DNA of 15,872 nt from NCBI GenBank assembly GCA_964631415.1, contig CAZVZC010000043.1, forward strand, positions 1-15,872. Reading direction: 5' to 3'. The translations under genes were made by a program, and so were the position numbers. The notes under the pieces were generated by a model. It saw nothing but the letters and a program-made list of their open reading frames with translations, searched no databases and was not told where the DNA came from. The DNA comes from an uncultured archaeon. GTDB lineage: Archaea; Asgardarchaeota; Thorarchaeia; Thorarchaeales; Thorarchaeaceae. Of the stretch, positions 1 through 8,228 are shown one piece after another. Numbering within the stretch: position 1 is the stretch's first letter; every line of letters begins with the position of its first letter.

Positions 1-2
1 TG

Positions 3-341
3 TTCCTCGTCTTCACAGTCCTGTACCTGCCCCCGATTCCGACGCCATTTGGACTGTTGCCTTTCGCCAACATGTCATGGCTCTTCACTGACTTCATCAA
101 CTGGATGTCCCTGTTCATTGTCGTTCTCATGGTGGCTGTGAAAGCAAAGCTCAAGGTCAAAGACAGCAGCACCATGGGTGGTCCATCCAATGTCCTCGTG
201 GTCGGGCTTTTCCTGCTTGTTGAGATATTCTTCAAGACAGATCTCTTGGTGGTGACGCTGGTAGTCTGGCTCGCCTTCCTGATTTTTGCTGGAGTCATAG
301 TGATAAGCTTTGCAAGGGCTTCACCCAGAGAGATATACTGA
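3..341 (+). CDS. Multi-pass membrane protein, 3' part only (5' end lies outside the window)
   Basis: The frame is open from position 3 (FLVFTVLYLPPIPTPFGLLPFANMSW...) to TGA at 339-341, so the TTG at 57 is probably not the real start. About four hydrophobic segments are visible. No family recognised. Confidence 0.7.
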   Translation, partial: FLVFTVLYLPPIPTPFGLLPFANMSWLFTDFINWMSLFIVVLMVAVKAKLKVKDSSTMGGPSNVLVVGLFLLVEIFFKTDLLVVTLVVWLAFLIFAGVIVISFARASPREIY

Positions 342-468
342 GATGTACAGGAACCCAGTGTACGGTGAAGACGGGAATTCAGGATGCGAGAGAGAAATCA
401 ACGTCTAGCTGTCTGAAGATTAGGGAGTGACTGTGGTAAGAGCTTAAGAGGGCAGGTTTGAACAGTGT

Positions 469-945
469 GTGTCAAGCGGAGCCACAGGGGGTCGATTATT
501 CTCCATGTGTCCATTCTTTCTCATCGCTTCGTTACCAGCACTTGTCGCCTCTGACGTGGGAGTAGTCGTTCGCGTTTCAGAATGGCTCGGAAGGAACCTC
601 TATGATTTGCCTATCATTGGACTGGCCTTCTACTACTCGGGTTTCGCTCTTGTGGGCGAATTCGCAGGTGAGCTGTTTCCGATTGTAGTCCTTCTCTCAG
701 TCCCCCTGCTTGGAGGGCTAGCAGTTCGGAGGAGGTGCATCGTCATTTTCGGGGCAGCACTGACATGCCTCGCGTCGACGTTTCTCAACATACCGTTTTC
801 AATGCTCGATCATTTCGGTTGGGGCTGGACACTAGCCGGAAACTACATTGCTTTCTCAGGCTTCTTATTCATGCTGACCACCATTGCCTGGATTAGGTCG
901 ACTAAGCATGTATTCAGGAGGAATGCTTCTACTACCGGAGTCTGA
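469..945 (+). CDS. Hypothetical small multi-pass membrane protein (about 5 TM helices)
   Basis: 158-aa ORF with repeated hydrophobic helices and a basic C-terminal tail. TATA-like CTTAAGAG at 443-450. Start is GTG 469 or ATG 505. Confidence 0.6.
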   Translation: MSSGATGGRLFSMCPFFLIASLPALVASDVGVVVRVSEWLGRNLYDLPIIGLAFYYSGFALVGEFAGELFPIVVLLSVPLLGGLAVRRRCIVIFGAALTCLASTFLNIPFSMLDHFGWGWTLAGNYIAFSGFLFMLTTIAWIRSTKHVFRRNASTTGV

Positions 946-1031
946 ACTGCTGAAGATGTGCTCTTGAGAGTCAAGTGCTTTGCAGAGAAGCTCAGCAAAT
1001 CACCATGAATATGAAAACTACTCCCGGACTC

Positions 1032-1397
1032 CTACATGTCTATGATGCTCGGTTTGTCGGTCAATCGTATTATCGGCAGATGAATCGTCATAGGATCCGA
1101 GTCCACAGACTCTGTGAACTCGATAGTTTCCTTTTCTCGGGTCTTATACATGAGGAAGTTGCCTTGAGGCGGAGCTTCGCCCTCAGTGTAGACCCAAAGC
1201 GGCAGTCCATACATCTCATAGTATCCGTGGTTTGAGATGAGGGTGCCATAGATGTGCTTCCCTCGGTGCTCGAAGTAGAGCATGCTGGCAGGTCTGTCCC
1301 TCTGAGACCAAGAAACCAGCATCCTTGCAAGATCCTTCATGGTTGCTATCTTGAGATTCACCGGTGGACGTATTTCCTTCTGCGTCACCATAGGCAT
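1032..1397 (-). CDS. Conserved small archaeal protein ('cren protein'-like family, function unknown)
   Basis: Motifs DLAR, HIYG, YY-x2-GLP and PII-x-L-x2-KP match my recollection of the TACK-type 'cren protein' family. TATA box at leaderless spacing upstream. Confidence 0.75.
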   Translation of the reverse strand: MPMVTQKEIRPPVNLKIATMKDLARMLVSWSQRDRPASMLYFEHRGKHIYGTLISNHGYYEMYGLPLWVYTEGEAPPQGNFLMYKTREKETIEFTESVDSDPMTIHLPIIRLTDKPSIIDM

Positions 1398-1421
1398 CTA
1401 CGCGCTGTTCGGCAGAGTGTG

Positions 1422-1429
1422 CTTATAAG
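1422..1429 (-). promoter_or_regulatory. TATA box (CTTATAAG) of the 1032-1397 gene, likely a leaderless transcript
   Basis: The box ends about 25 nt upstream of the ATG at 1397, the usual archaeal leaderless spacing. No SD motif. Confidence 0.6.
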
Positions 1430-1494
1430 ACCATAGATTTGGAGGACATGCTCTAGATTGCGCCCCGATGGGCGCCCATGTGGCAGGCCCCACG

Positions 1495-3699
1495 TCAACG
1501 AACGGACGCCCGCACCTTGGCAGACAGAGAAGCCACAGCCTTCTTGTCAGGCCCTACAATGACCACTGGCGCGCATGCAGACTCTTCGCTCACTCCTACT
1601 GAGATGGAGGCCCTCATCGCATCTTTTCTCATAAGCACAAAGGTGAATCCCTCTGTGTGACGTACCGAGTCTATAGCCAGACCTAAAGACACGAGTGCTG
1701 CAACCACTGACTGCAGAAACCGAACACCCTCTACGCCAGTTCGCCGCATGGTTACTGTTTCCCGGTACTCTGAGTCTTTCTTGAACAAGAACTCATGTGA
1801 GGGCTTTGCGTAGAGGACCTGGCGTTCCATGGCTTTCTCAAGAAGGGACGCGGACAATGCGCCAAACTTCCTTGCAGCAATGTCAGAGTCTTCAATGAGG
1901 CGTGTGGGTTCAACTGGAATCGGAGGTTTCTCTCCATCCTCAGATGCACCGACCGCCAGAGTTTCTGCCGGAACCTCACCAGTCCTTGGTGCGGATTCCT
2001 CAGTGATTGCGTACTCGCGCTTCTGTCGTTCAAACAGTGCTTTCACATATTCCCGTATCCAGCCATCCAGAACATTCCAGTCCTCTCTGCTGAGTTTCAG
2101 CGGAGGCCTGGGTACTTCTGGCAACTCTGCAGGCCTGTCCTCCTCGGCCTCAGATGCTCGACCACCAGTAGTCGGAGCTCCGACCTCAGACTCAGGTGCT
2201 TCAGGGGGAAGGAGCTTTGTCGCCTCGAGGAGAGCTGAGAGTCTGTCTGTGCCTCCGTGCTTGGACATGCGAGGACGGGCTTGCATGACAAAACCTCGCC
2301 TGTTCTCTGTGGATTGGTCAAACACCAGAGCGACCCCTCTCGGGAGACCACTGATGAATGCCTTGTCCTTGAACTCCTCGGGCATCACTGCTGGTGCTCT
2401 CTGCTGGAGAGCCTTGATGTCAGCATCATGCGACAGGGAGTGGGAGATCACAATATCGGCCTGAGAGATGGCCTCGTCTGAGACAGCCGATGGCTGTTGA
2501 GTACAGAGTACGAGACTGCAACCAAACCTCCGTCCTAGTTTCGCATAGCTGACAATAGCGTCCTTTGCTGGAGTGCTGCCCGACCTTGGTACCAGCGTCT
2601 GGGCCTCATCCACGATCAGCCATGTTGGGGGAAGCTCTTCCCTAGCGCTCGTTCCTTCATCAGTCCATGCCATGCGATAGGTGAGTATCTGCCTACTGAG
2701 CATATTCGTCAGAATCGCTAGAACTGCGTCTGCATCTGACCCAAGAGGAGCGACATCGACTATCGTGATCCGCCCGGCCACAGCAAGATCTTGGGCACTG
2801 GTGCCGCCAGGATGGAAGACACCCAAGTGCTGAGCACGTCTGAGACGCTGGACAAGAGCAGTCCTCGTGGCGGGCTTGTAAAGGTCCGAAAGACCTGCAT
2901 TCGAGTCGACGCAGTGAATCATATCCTGTATGCTGAAGTCAGAACGTGGAAGCTCTTCCTTTCCAGTGTCTCGCGTATACCCGCGTCGCAGGCTGTCAAT
3001 CACATCATTGATCAGGTTCTCTATCGCCGTGCTCAAGATTCCAGACTTCTCAAGCACGTAGGCCCAGTCGGAAAGCGACAACTCTGACGGGCTGATTGCA
3101 AGTGGAAACAGCTGCGACCTCGTCTTGACCTCATCAGGCAGGTGAGAATATGCGCGGCGTGGAATGTAGACGGCGGCAGGAAATCCCTGAGGATCAAGAC
3201 CCCACTTTCTCAGCAGGTCTGCTTGCTCGGTGTTGGGTTCAATCACCTGTCTAAACACGTCGACTGTGTCAATGACAACGACAGCAACCTCAATCTCCTT
3301 GCGCGCCATCGCGCGCGCCAGTTCCTCAGATATGAGACCGAGCGTATAGCTCTTGCCAGAGCCCCTCTTACCTGCGACGAGCATGACATGTGGACTCACA
3401 AGATCGAGATTCACGGGCATGCCGAACAGGGAGGTCAGAACATCCTCGGAGGACTCTGTGACTGCACCAATGAAACCAATCCCCGTCGAACGATACTTCC
3501 GGTGAAAAGACTCAGACCTGCCAAGTATGACCCCGACGCTCATATCCACTAGTAGCTCAAGCGGGGTCGTGGGTCGCGGACGATACTCAAGGACCGTCTT
3601 TGGAATCAGGTCTACGGGCTTGTCAGCAGCGTTGCGTTCAAGGTCCCGTCCGGTTCCGGCGATGTCATCGGGACTGTCACTAGGGTCACGTTTGTCCAA
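1495..3699 (-). CDS. HerA/FtsK-superfamily P-loop ATPase (DUF87-type) with Pro/Glu-rich linker and C-terminal alpha/beta extension
   Basis: Walker A GKRGSGKSYT, VIDTVD strand, Walker B LIVDEAQ, arginine-finger/Gln motif GRRFGCSLVLCTQQP. TTG start with GGAGG 7 nt upstream and TTTATTGG at 3740-3733. Confidence 0.88.
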   Translation of the reverse strand: MDKRDPSDSPDDIAGTGRDLERNAADKPVDLIPKTVLEYRPRPTTPLELLVDMSVGVILGRSESFHRKYRSTGIGFIGAVTESSEDVLTSLFGMPVNLDLVSPHVMLVAGKRGSGKSYTLGLISEELARAMARKEIEVAVVVIDTVDVFRQVIEPNTEQADLLRKWGLDPQGFPAAVYIPRRAYSHLPDEVKTRSQLFPLAISPSELSLSDWAYVLEKSGILSTAIENLINDVIDSLRRGYTRDTGKEELPRSDFSIQDMIHCVDSNAGLSDLYKPATRTALVQRLRRAQHLGVFHPGGTSAQDLAVAGRITIVDVAPLGSDADAVLAILTNMLSRQILTYRMAWTDEGTSAREELPPTWLIVDEAQTLVPRSGSTPAKDAIVSYAKLGRRFGCSLVLCTQQPSAVSDEAISQADIVISHSLSHDADIKALQQRAPAVMPEEFKDKAFISGLPRGVALVFDQSTENRRGFVMQARPRMSKHGGTDRLSALLEATKLLPPEAPESEVGAPTTGGRASEAEEDRPAELPEVPRPPLKLSREDWNVLDGWIREYVKALFERQKREYAITEESAPRTGEVPAETLAVGASEDGEKPPIPVEPTRLIEDSDIAARKFGALSASLLEKAMERQVLYAKPSHEFLFKKDSEYRETVTMRRTGVEGVRFLQSVVAALVSLGLAIDSVRHTEGFTFVLMRKDAMRASISVGVSEESACAPVVIVGPDKKAVASLSAKVRASVR

Positions 3700-3838
3700 G
3701 GGGCTCCCTCCAGAAGGGCAGGCAATTGAACTCCAATAAACGTTTGTACGAGCGCGCCTTCAAGTGATATTCTAAGAGAGGTTCTCGGGAAAACGTCGAT
3801 GGGCAATGCTCAAAACCACCACGTGTGATTCAGGGGCT

Positions 3839-4630
3839 ATGCAAGAGACGATCCAAGATGGCAGCCTTGTCTTGATCTTCCTCGATGCCAAGAGGAACTG
3901 GATAAGGAAAGTGAAAGCAGGAGAGAGCTTCCACTCCAACAAGGGGATCATCAAGTTCGATGACATCATTGGACGTCCCTTTGGGATTAAGGTTCAGAGT
4001 CATTCCGCCCAGTGGTTCCAGATACACAGACCAAGTCTCACGGACATCCAGATATCACTTGGCCGGAACACACAGATCATCTATCCAAAGGACGCGGGGA
4101 CAATCCTTCTTGAGGCGGGGATCGGATCTGGGAGCATCGTCGTGGAGTCGGGCACTGGGTCAGGAGCGCTCACATATGTGCTCGCGAATGCAGTGGGCTC
4201 TACGGGGCACATCTACACCTACGAGGTCCGTCAGGACATGTACGACGGGGCGAAGAAGAACCTCGAGCGGCATGCGTCGATGGATAGAATCACGATGCAC
4301 TTGAAAGACGTCATGAGTGGCATTGAGGAGAAGGACGTGGATGCAGTGGTATTGGACCTCGCGACACCATGGGAGGCGGTCACGGAGGCCCATCGAGCCT
4401 TGAAAGCAAGCCACTTCCTCGCCAGCTATAGTCCCACGATTGAGCAGGTCATGAAGACATGTAAGGCTCTGGGCGAGAGCGGAGAGTGGGGTATGGTCAA
4501 GACCTTGGAGGTCTTTCAGAGGGAGATTATGGTCAGGGAGAACAAGACTAGGCCCACAACTTGGATGGTTGGACACACTGGCTACATGACATTCGCAAGA
4601 GCCATGGCAGAATCCGACACACTACCATAA
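3839..4630 (+). CDS. trmI: tRNA (adenine-N1)-methyltransferase (m1A58/57), TrmI/Gcd14 family
   Basis: TQIIYPKD, SAM-binding VVESGTGSGALT, YEVR, LDLATPW and C-terminal VGHTGY motifs. Start at ATG 3839 preferred; 3806 is the alternative. Confidence 0.95.
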   Translation: MQETIQDGSLVLIFLDAKRNWIRKVKAGESFHSNKGIIKFDDIIGRPFGIKVQSHSAQWFQIHRPSLTDIQISLGRNTQIIYPKDAGTILLEAGIGSGSIVVESGTGSGALTYVLANAVGSTGHIYTYEVRQDMYDGAKKNLERHASMDRITMHLKDVMSGIEEKDVDAVVLDLATPWEAVTEAHRALKASHFLASYSPTIEQVMKTCKALGESGEWGMVKTLEVFQREIMVRENKTRPTTWMVGHTGYMTFARAMAESDTLP

Positions 4631-4631
4631 C

Positions 4632-4639
4632 CTTATATC
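4632..4639 (+). promoter_or_regulatory. TATA box (CTTATATC) for the 4690-5468 gene pair
   Basis: Lies directly after the trmI stop. GGAG at 4677-4680 precedes ATG 4690. Confidence 0.5.
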
Positions 4640-4689
4640 AGTAAGTGGCGAGTTGTTACTGTCGATTGTTGTCGACGGAGCCTGGTCAT

Positions 4690-5073
4690 ATGACGTACCA
4701 GCATAAGAGAGCGCGTTGCGCAAAGGAAACGAAGGACATCCTTCAGAATATCGTCAAGCTCGGAAAGACTGAGTACGACCTCATGGAAACCACAGAAGCT
4801 GTGAAGGTCGGGAGTCCGTTTGATGATGTTGTTAAGGGTGGGTCGCTGTCTAATGTGCTGCCGGGGCAAGCACGCGCAGTCCTACTCGATGAGGACCATC
4901 AAGAGTCAGACGAAACGGAGATTCAAGTCCATGACCATGATGGCGAGGAGTTCGAAGACTACAAGCCTACGATAGAGGTCAAGCTGGACGCGCAGCAGGC
5001 GAAAGAGATCTTTGAGAAGAAGAGGAAACACAGAAACTACGCCGAGTTCCGATTCGACTATGGTCATGTCTAA
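4690..5073 (+). CDS. Hypothetical small protein with acidic central tract and basic/aromatic C-terminus
   Basis: 127-aa ORF from ATG 4690 with GGAG SD (the ORF track starts at GTG 4645). D/E-rich middle, ends KKRKHRNYAEFRFDYGHV. Codon style resembles neighbouring genes. Confidence 0.72.
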   Translation: MTYQHKRARCAKETKDILQNIVKLGKTEYDLMETTEAVKVGSPFDDVVKGGSLSNVLPGQARAVLLDEDHQESDETEIQVHDHDGEEFEDYKPTIEVKLDAQQAKEIFEKKRKHRNYAEFRFDYGHV

Positions 5074-5087
5074 GGAGAAGGGGCAAC

Positions 5088-5468
5088 TTGACGAGAGACT
5101 CTGAAGTCTTCCAGCTAAAGGAAGAGATAATGGAACTCAGAAAGACGGTGCTTATGCTCAGACAGACCGTCAACCAGCTGAGTGCGAAGATCCAGACCAC
5201 GCCCGAGCGGATACAAGTTTCCAGCGAGAGCGGTCAGTACAATGTCTTTGCAAACCAGGCCAGTATCATTGAGTACGACGTCAGCTGGCAGAGGCTGCTC
5301 ACTCTCCTCGAAGACGCGAACGCAGGTCTGACTGCGACTGAGCTGGCGACAAGATGGGGGAAGTCCCGTTCGCGGACGAGTGAGGTTCTCAACAAGCTCG
5401 TTGATGACGGCCACCTAGTGAAGTTCAGAGACGGTCGTCGAATCAAGTTCAGGGCACCCGATGAGTAA
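5088..5468 (+). CDS. Coiled-coil plus winged helix-turn-helix DNA-binding protein
   Basis: N-terminal heptads (LKEEIMELRKTVLMLRQTVNQLSAKI). C-terminal wHTH (GLTATELATRWGKSRSRTSEVLNKLVDDGHLVKFRDGRRIKF). TTG start after AAGGAG. Confidence 0.85.
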   Translation: MTRDSEVFQLKEEIMELRKTVLMLRQTVNQLSAKIQTTPERIQVSSESGQYNVFANQASIIEYDVSWQRLLTLLEDANAGLTATELATRWGKSRSRTSEVLNKLVDDGHLVKFRDGRRIKFRAPDE

Positions 5469-5576
5469 TACTCGAAACAGGCCGTTCTAGACGGCCAGAT
5501 GTGCAGTCCCCCCAAGTATTCTTAAGTATAGGAGAGAAGGACTCAGGCAGGAGAATAACTGCCGGGGTCACCGTAA

Positions 5577-7919
5577 TTGGCCAACGTGATAGGTCGCGCA
5601 AAGAAATCCCAACCGCAAGAAACCTCCTTTGTCGAGAGCGAGGACGTCGTGGTCCATGCCAGTAGACTCTTCGAACTAAACATAACCGCGCAAGATGCTG
5701 TGCGAGAGTTCGCCCTTCACGACATCGACGACACAGAGGGGCTTGAGAGTAAGCGAATCGCAATGCATGATGCCTTCACGCAACTGTATGATGAAATGTC
5801 GGCATTCATCGATCAGATCATGGGTGAGGACTTCGAAATCTCGTACCTCAGAGACAGGGTCGAGAGTGCTGAGGGAGAAACAAAGGACCAGCTTGTCGCC
5901 GGGCTGAAGGAACTCGAAGCCCAGTCCCAAAAGAACATGGCAGACATGTGGATGGCCCGAGTGATGTCTTGGCTCCATCAAGCAGCGGCGGCCAGTGGGC
6001 CCTTCGTCGAGGTTGAGAATGAAGAGAAACAGAAGTCGGCTTCCAAACACTTGGCTGCAGTCTATACGATGTTGGAGAAACCCTTCTCGGCCGTGCCGTC
6101 GAAGTCAGACGGTACGCAGAAGCTCAGAAGAGTAGCTCTGGGCAGCAAGGCCTACTCACTACTGACCGAGTCGTCCACCCGTGATGAGGCCGAGCTTGCA
6201 GACATCCTTGGTAGAAACAAAAGGTCAGAAGCAGAGTTCTACGACGAGTTCCTGAATGAGCTTATCGGGCAAGAGAGCACGTTCAGGCAGGCGTTCAACC
6301 CATTTGACGAACTCATCTGGCGTGACATACTCAGCTCCTTCATATTCGAGCAGGCCACGGATCTCTACAACGAAGCAATTCCCTACTTCGATAAGAGCAA
6401 GACTCCTGACAAGCAGAGAACGGCCATGATCAAATCTTGGAAGCAGAACACGGCCGGCCTGAGCGAAGTCTACCTAGCGATGACCTATAATGACATAGCT
6501 GATGCTCAGATGAGGGCAGGTAACCTTGCGGACGCATCGAAGCTGTATCAGCAGTCTTCAGAAGCCTTTGGCAGAGCAGAGAAGTGCTTCAATGAGGTGC
6601 TGGCATTACGTGCCAATGCAGGGCAATCCAAGAGTGACAAGGACCAGAAGAAGGCACAAGCCCTGTTCTGCAGAGCCGAGGCTTCAGTGCAGACCCTGTC
6701 AGACCTACTTGAGGTCAACAACAAGGAAGAGGCCATCGCCATACTTGGCGACATATTCAAGGACCTGAAGAAAGCGGAAAAGATGGCCAAGAGCCGCGAA
6801 CTCACTGCTGCTATCAAGGAAAACCTGAGAATATTCTCATTCGTGGAACAGCTGCTCAGCAAGAAGATCGATGATCTCAAGAGCATAACAAGCCAGATTG
6901 ATTTCGCTAAGGACTTGAGAAAGACAGGTCTGATTCAGACAGTTAGCAAGTCGCTTGACGAGGCAGGTGCGAAGCTGGCATCAGACCCCGTTGGTTCTCT
7001 CGACGCAGTTCGTGAAGGCCTCAGCAGCCTTGGCATCCTGCTGAGTCTGGAGTCGGAGGACGAGGAAGTAGGCAATCTACGGAACAGGACCTTGGCAATG
7101 CTGAACCACTTGAAATACGTCATTCAGTTCCAGTTGAGCTCACAGATTCAACACGGTGTCAAGTTCATTCTGTCTCGCATTCTTGAGAACCTTCATGCGG
7201 CAGAGGCTGCGACCTATTACAAGGTCATTGGTGAAACTCAACCAGCCGAAGAGCTCACTGACCTAGGAAAGCTCGCCCTCGCAACCGCATACGCATCCGA
7301 GGCGCAGATCTTCTCAAGGCAGTCGGAACAGTGGGCGTTCAGGGCACAGATCGCCCGAGCCAGCGCGTTCAAGAAACTAGAAGACGAGATGGCCGAGTTC
7401 GAGGATGAAGAAGGCATTGAGAACACCGTGAAGATTCATGATGACACAATCATGAGGATCAGGCAGACAGTGGCATCATTCGAGGCGGCTACAAACGAAC
7501 TGAACAGTGTGAAGGGTGAGGCGATTCGGCACAAGAACAACGTCGACCAGCAAGTGAAGCAGCTTCAGGCGGTGGTGCTGAAGTTCAAAGGTGACCTGTC
7601 GAGGATCCTTGGTGCGAAGAGTGACTTTCTAGCTGAGTTCTCGTCAAAGAAGGGAGATGCCTCGAAGGCCATGGTGTACTACTCCGAGGCTACCGACAGG
7701 CTCCGAGAGGCTGTTGGCAACTATACAGTTGCTGCTCAGGTCTTCCAGCAAATGGGTGATGCTCAGGCTGCTCAGACTGTCGACAACAGGGCGAAAACCA
7801 CAGATCTCGTTGCGCGGGGTGTCTGGGACAACAGACAGAAACTCGACAGTGATCAAACACCGGCCTACATGGGCGACAGCGAGCTCACTGCGCTCTATCT
7901 TGGCACTGGGGGACAGTGA
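5577..7919 (+). CDS. Large acidic all-alpha-helical protein with TPR/SNAP-like repeats
   Basis: 780-aa uninterrupted ORF, A/L/E/K-rich, no TM helix. TPR-like units include YLAMTYNDIADAQMRAGNLADASKLYQQSSEAF and SDFLAEFSSKKGDASKAMVYYSEATDRL. TATA-like CTTAAGTA at 5521-5528. Confidence 0.85.
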   Translation: MANVIGRAKKSQPQETSFVESEDVVVHASRLFELNITAQDAVREFALHDIDDTEGLESKRIAMHDAFTQLYDEMSAFIDQIMGEDFEISYLRDRVESAEGETKDQLVAGLKELEAQSQKNMADMWMARVMSWLHQAAAASGPFVEVENEEKQKSASKHLAAVYTMLEKPFSAVPSKSDGTQKLRRVALGSKAYSLLTESSTRDEAELADILGRNKRSEAEFYDEFLNELIGQESTFRQAFNPFDELIWRDILSSFIFEQATDLYNEAIPYFDKSKTPDKQRTAMIKSWKQNTAGLSEVYLAMTYNDIADAQMRAGNLADASKLYQQSSEAFGRAEKCFNEVLALRANAGQSKSDKDQKKAQALFCRAEASVQTLSDLLEVNNKEEAIAILGDIFKDLKKAEKMAKSRELTAAIKENLRIFSFVEQLLSKKIDDLKSITSQIDFAKDLRKTGLIQTVSKSLDEAGAKLASDPVGSLDAVREGLSSLGILLSLESEDEEVGNLRNRTLAMLNHLKYVIQFQLSSQIQHGVKFILSRILENLHAAEAATYYKVIGETQPAEELTDLGKLALATAYASEAQIFSRQSEQWAFRAQIARASAFKKLEDEMAEFEDEEGIENTVKIHDDTIMRIRQTVASFEAATNELNSVKGEAIRHKNNVDQQVKQLQAVVLKFKGDLSRILGAKSDFLAEFSSKKGDASKAMVYYSEATDRLREAVGNYTVAAQVFQQMGDAQAAQTVDNRAKTTDLVARGVWDNRQKLDSDQTPAYMGDSELTALYLGTGGQ

Positions 7920-8228
7920 AACATCCTCGTGGTAACTATGGACACTCTCGTCGTAAACACGAATTGTCGACCGCTAGTGTGATAAACTTGACACGGGAGT
8001 CTTGTCAGCCCGGAAGCGACAGAGGATTGTCTCTCTGAAACCTGTGCGTGTCTTTCTGCAACTCAGCAGTGGTGTTCTCGATGTCACCTTCTGAGTACAG
8101 ATTGGCCTATGTTCAAAACATACCGGGTTTGGAGCAGCTGCTTGGGTAATCCCAGACATGAATGCCCATCTGTGACATCTCTGAGTGGAATCACACAGTG
8201 ACCAACCCGTAAGTCGTGAGGATTAGTT

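Noticed and set aside
1829-2464. 211-aa plus-strand ORF, and other antisense ORFs such as 8239-8688, 9631-10104, 10022-10486, 13514-14008 and 15116-15502
   Set aside because: They lie antisense to well-supported genes, have Ser/Arg-rich shadow composition and show no motifs.
7917-8100. Selenocysteine read-through of the TGA at 7917-7919 with a downstream SECIS
   Set aside because: Read-through adds only about 20 unremarkable residues, the protein is not a redox family, and I could not fit a convincing SECIS core to the hairpins.
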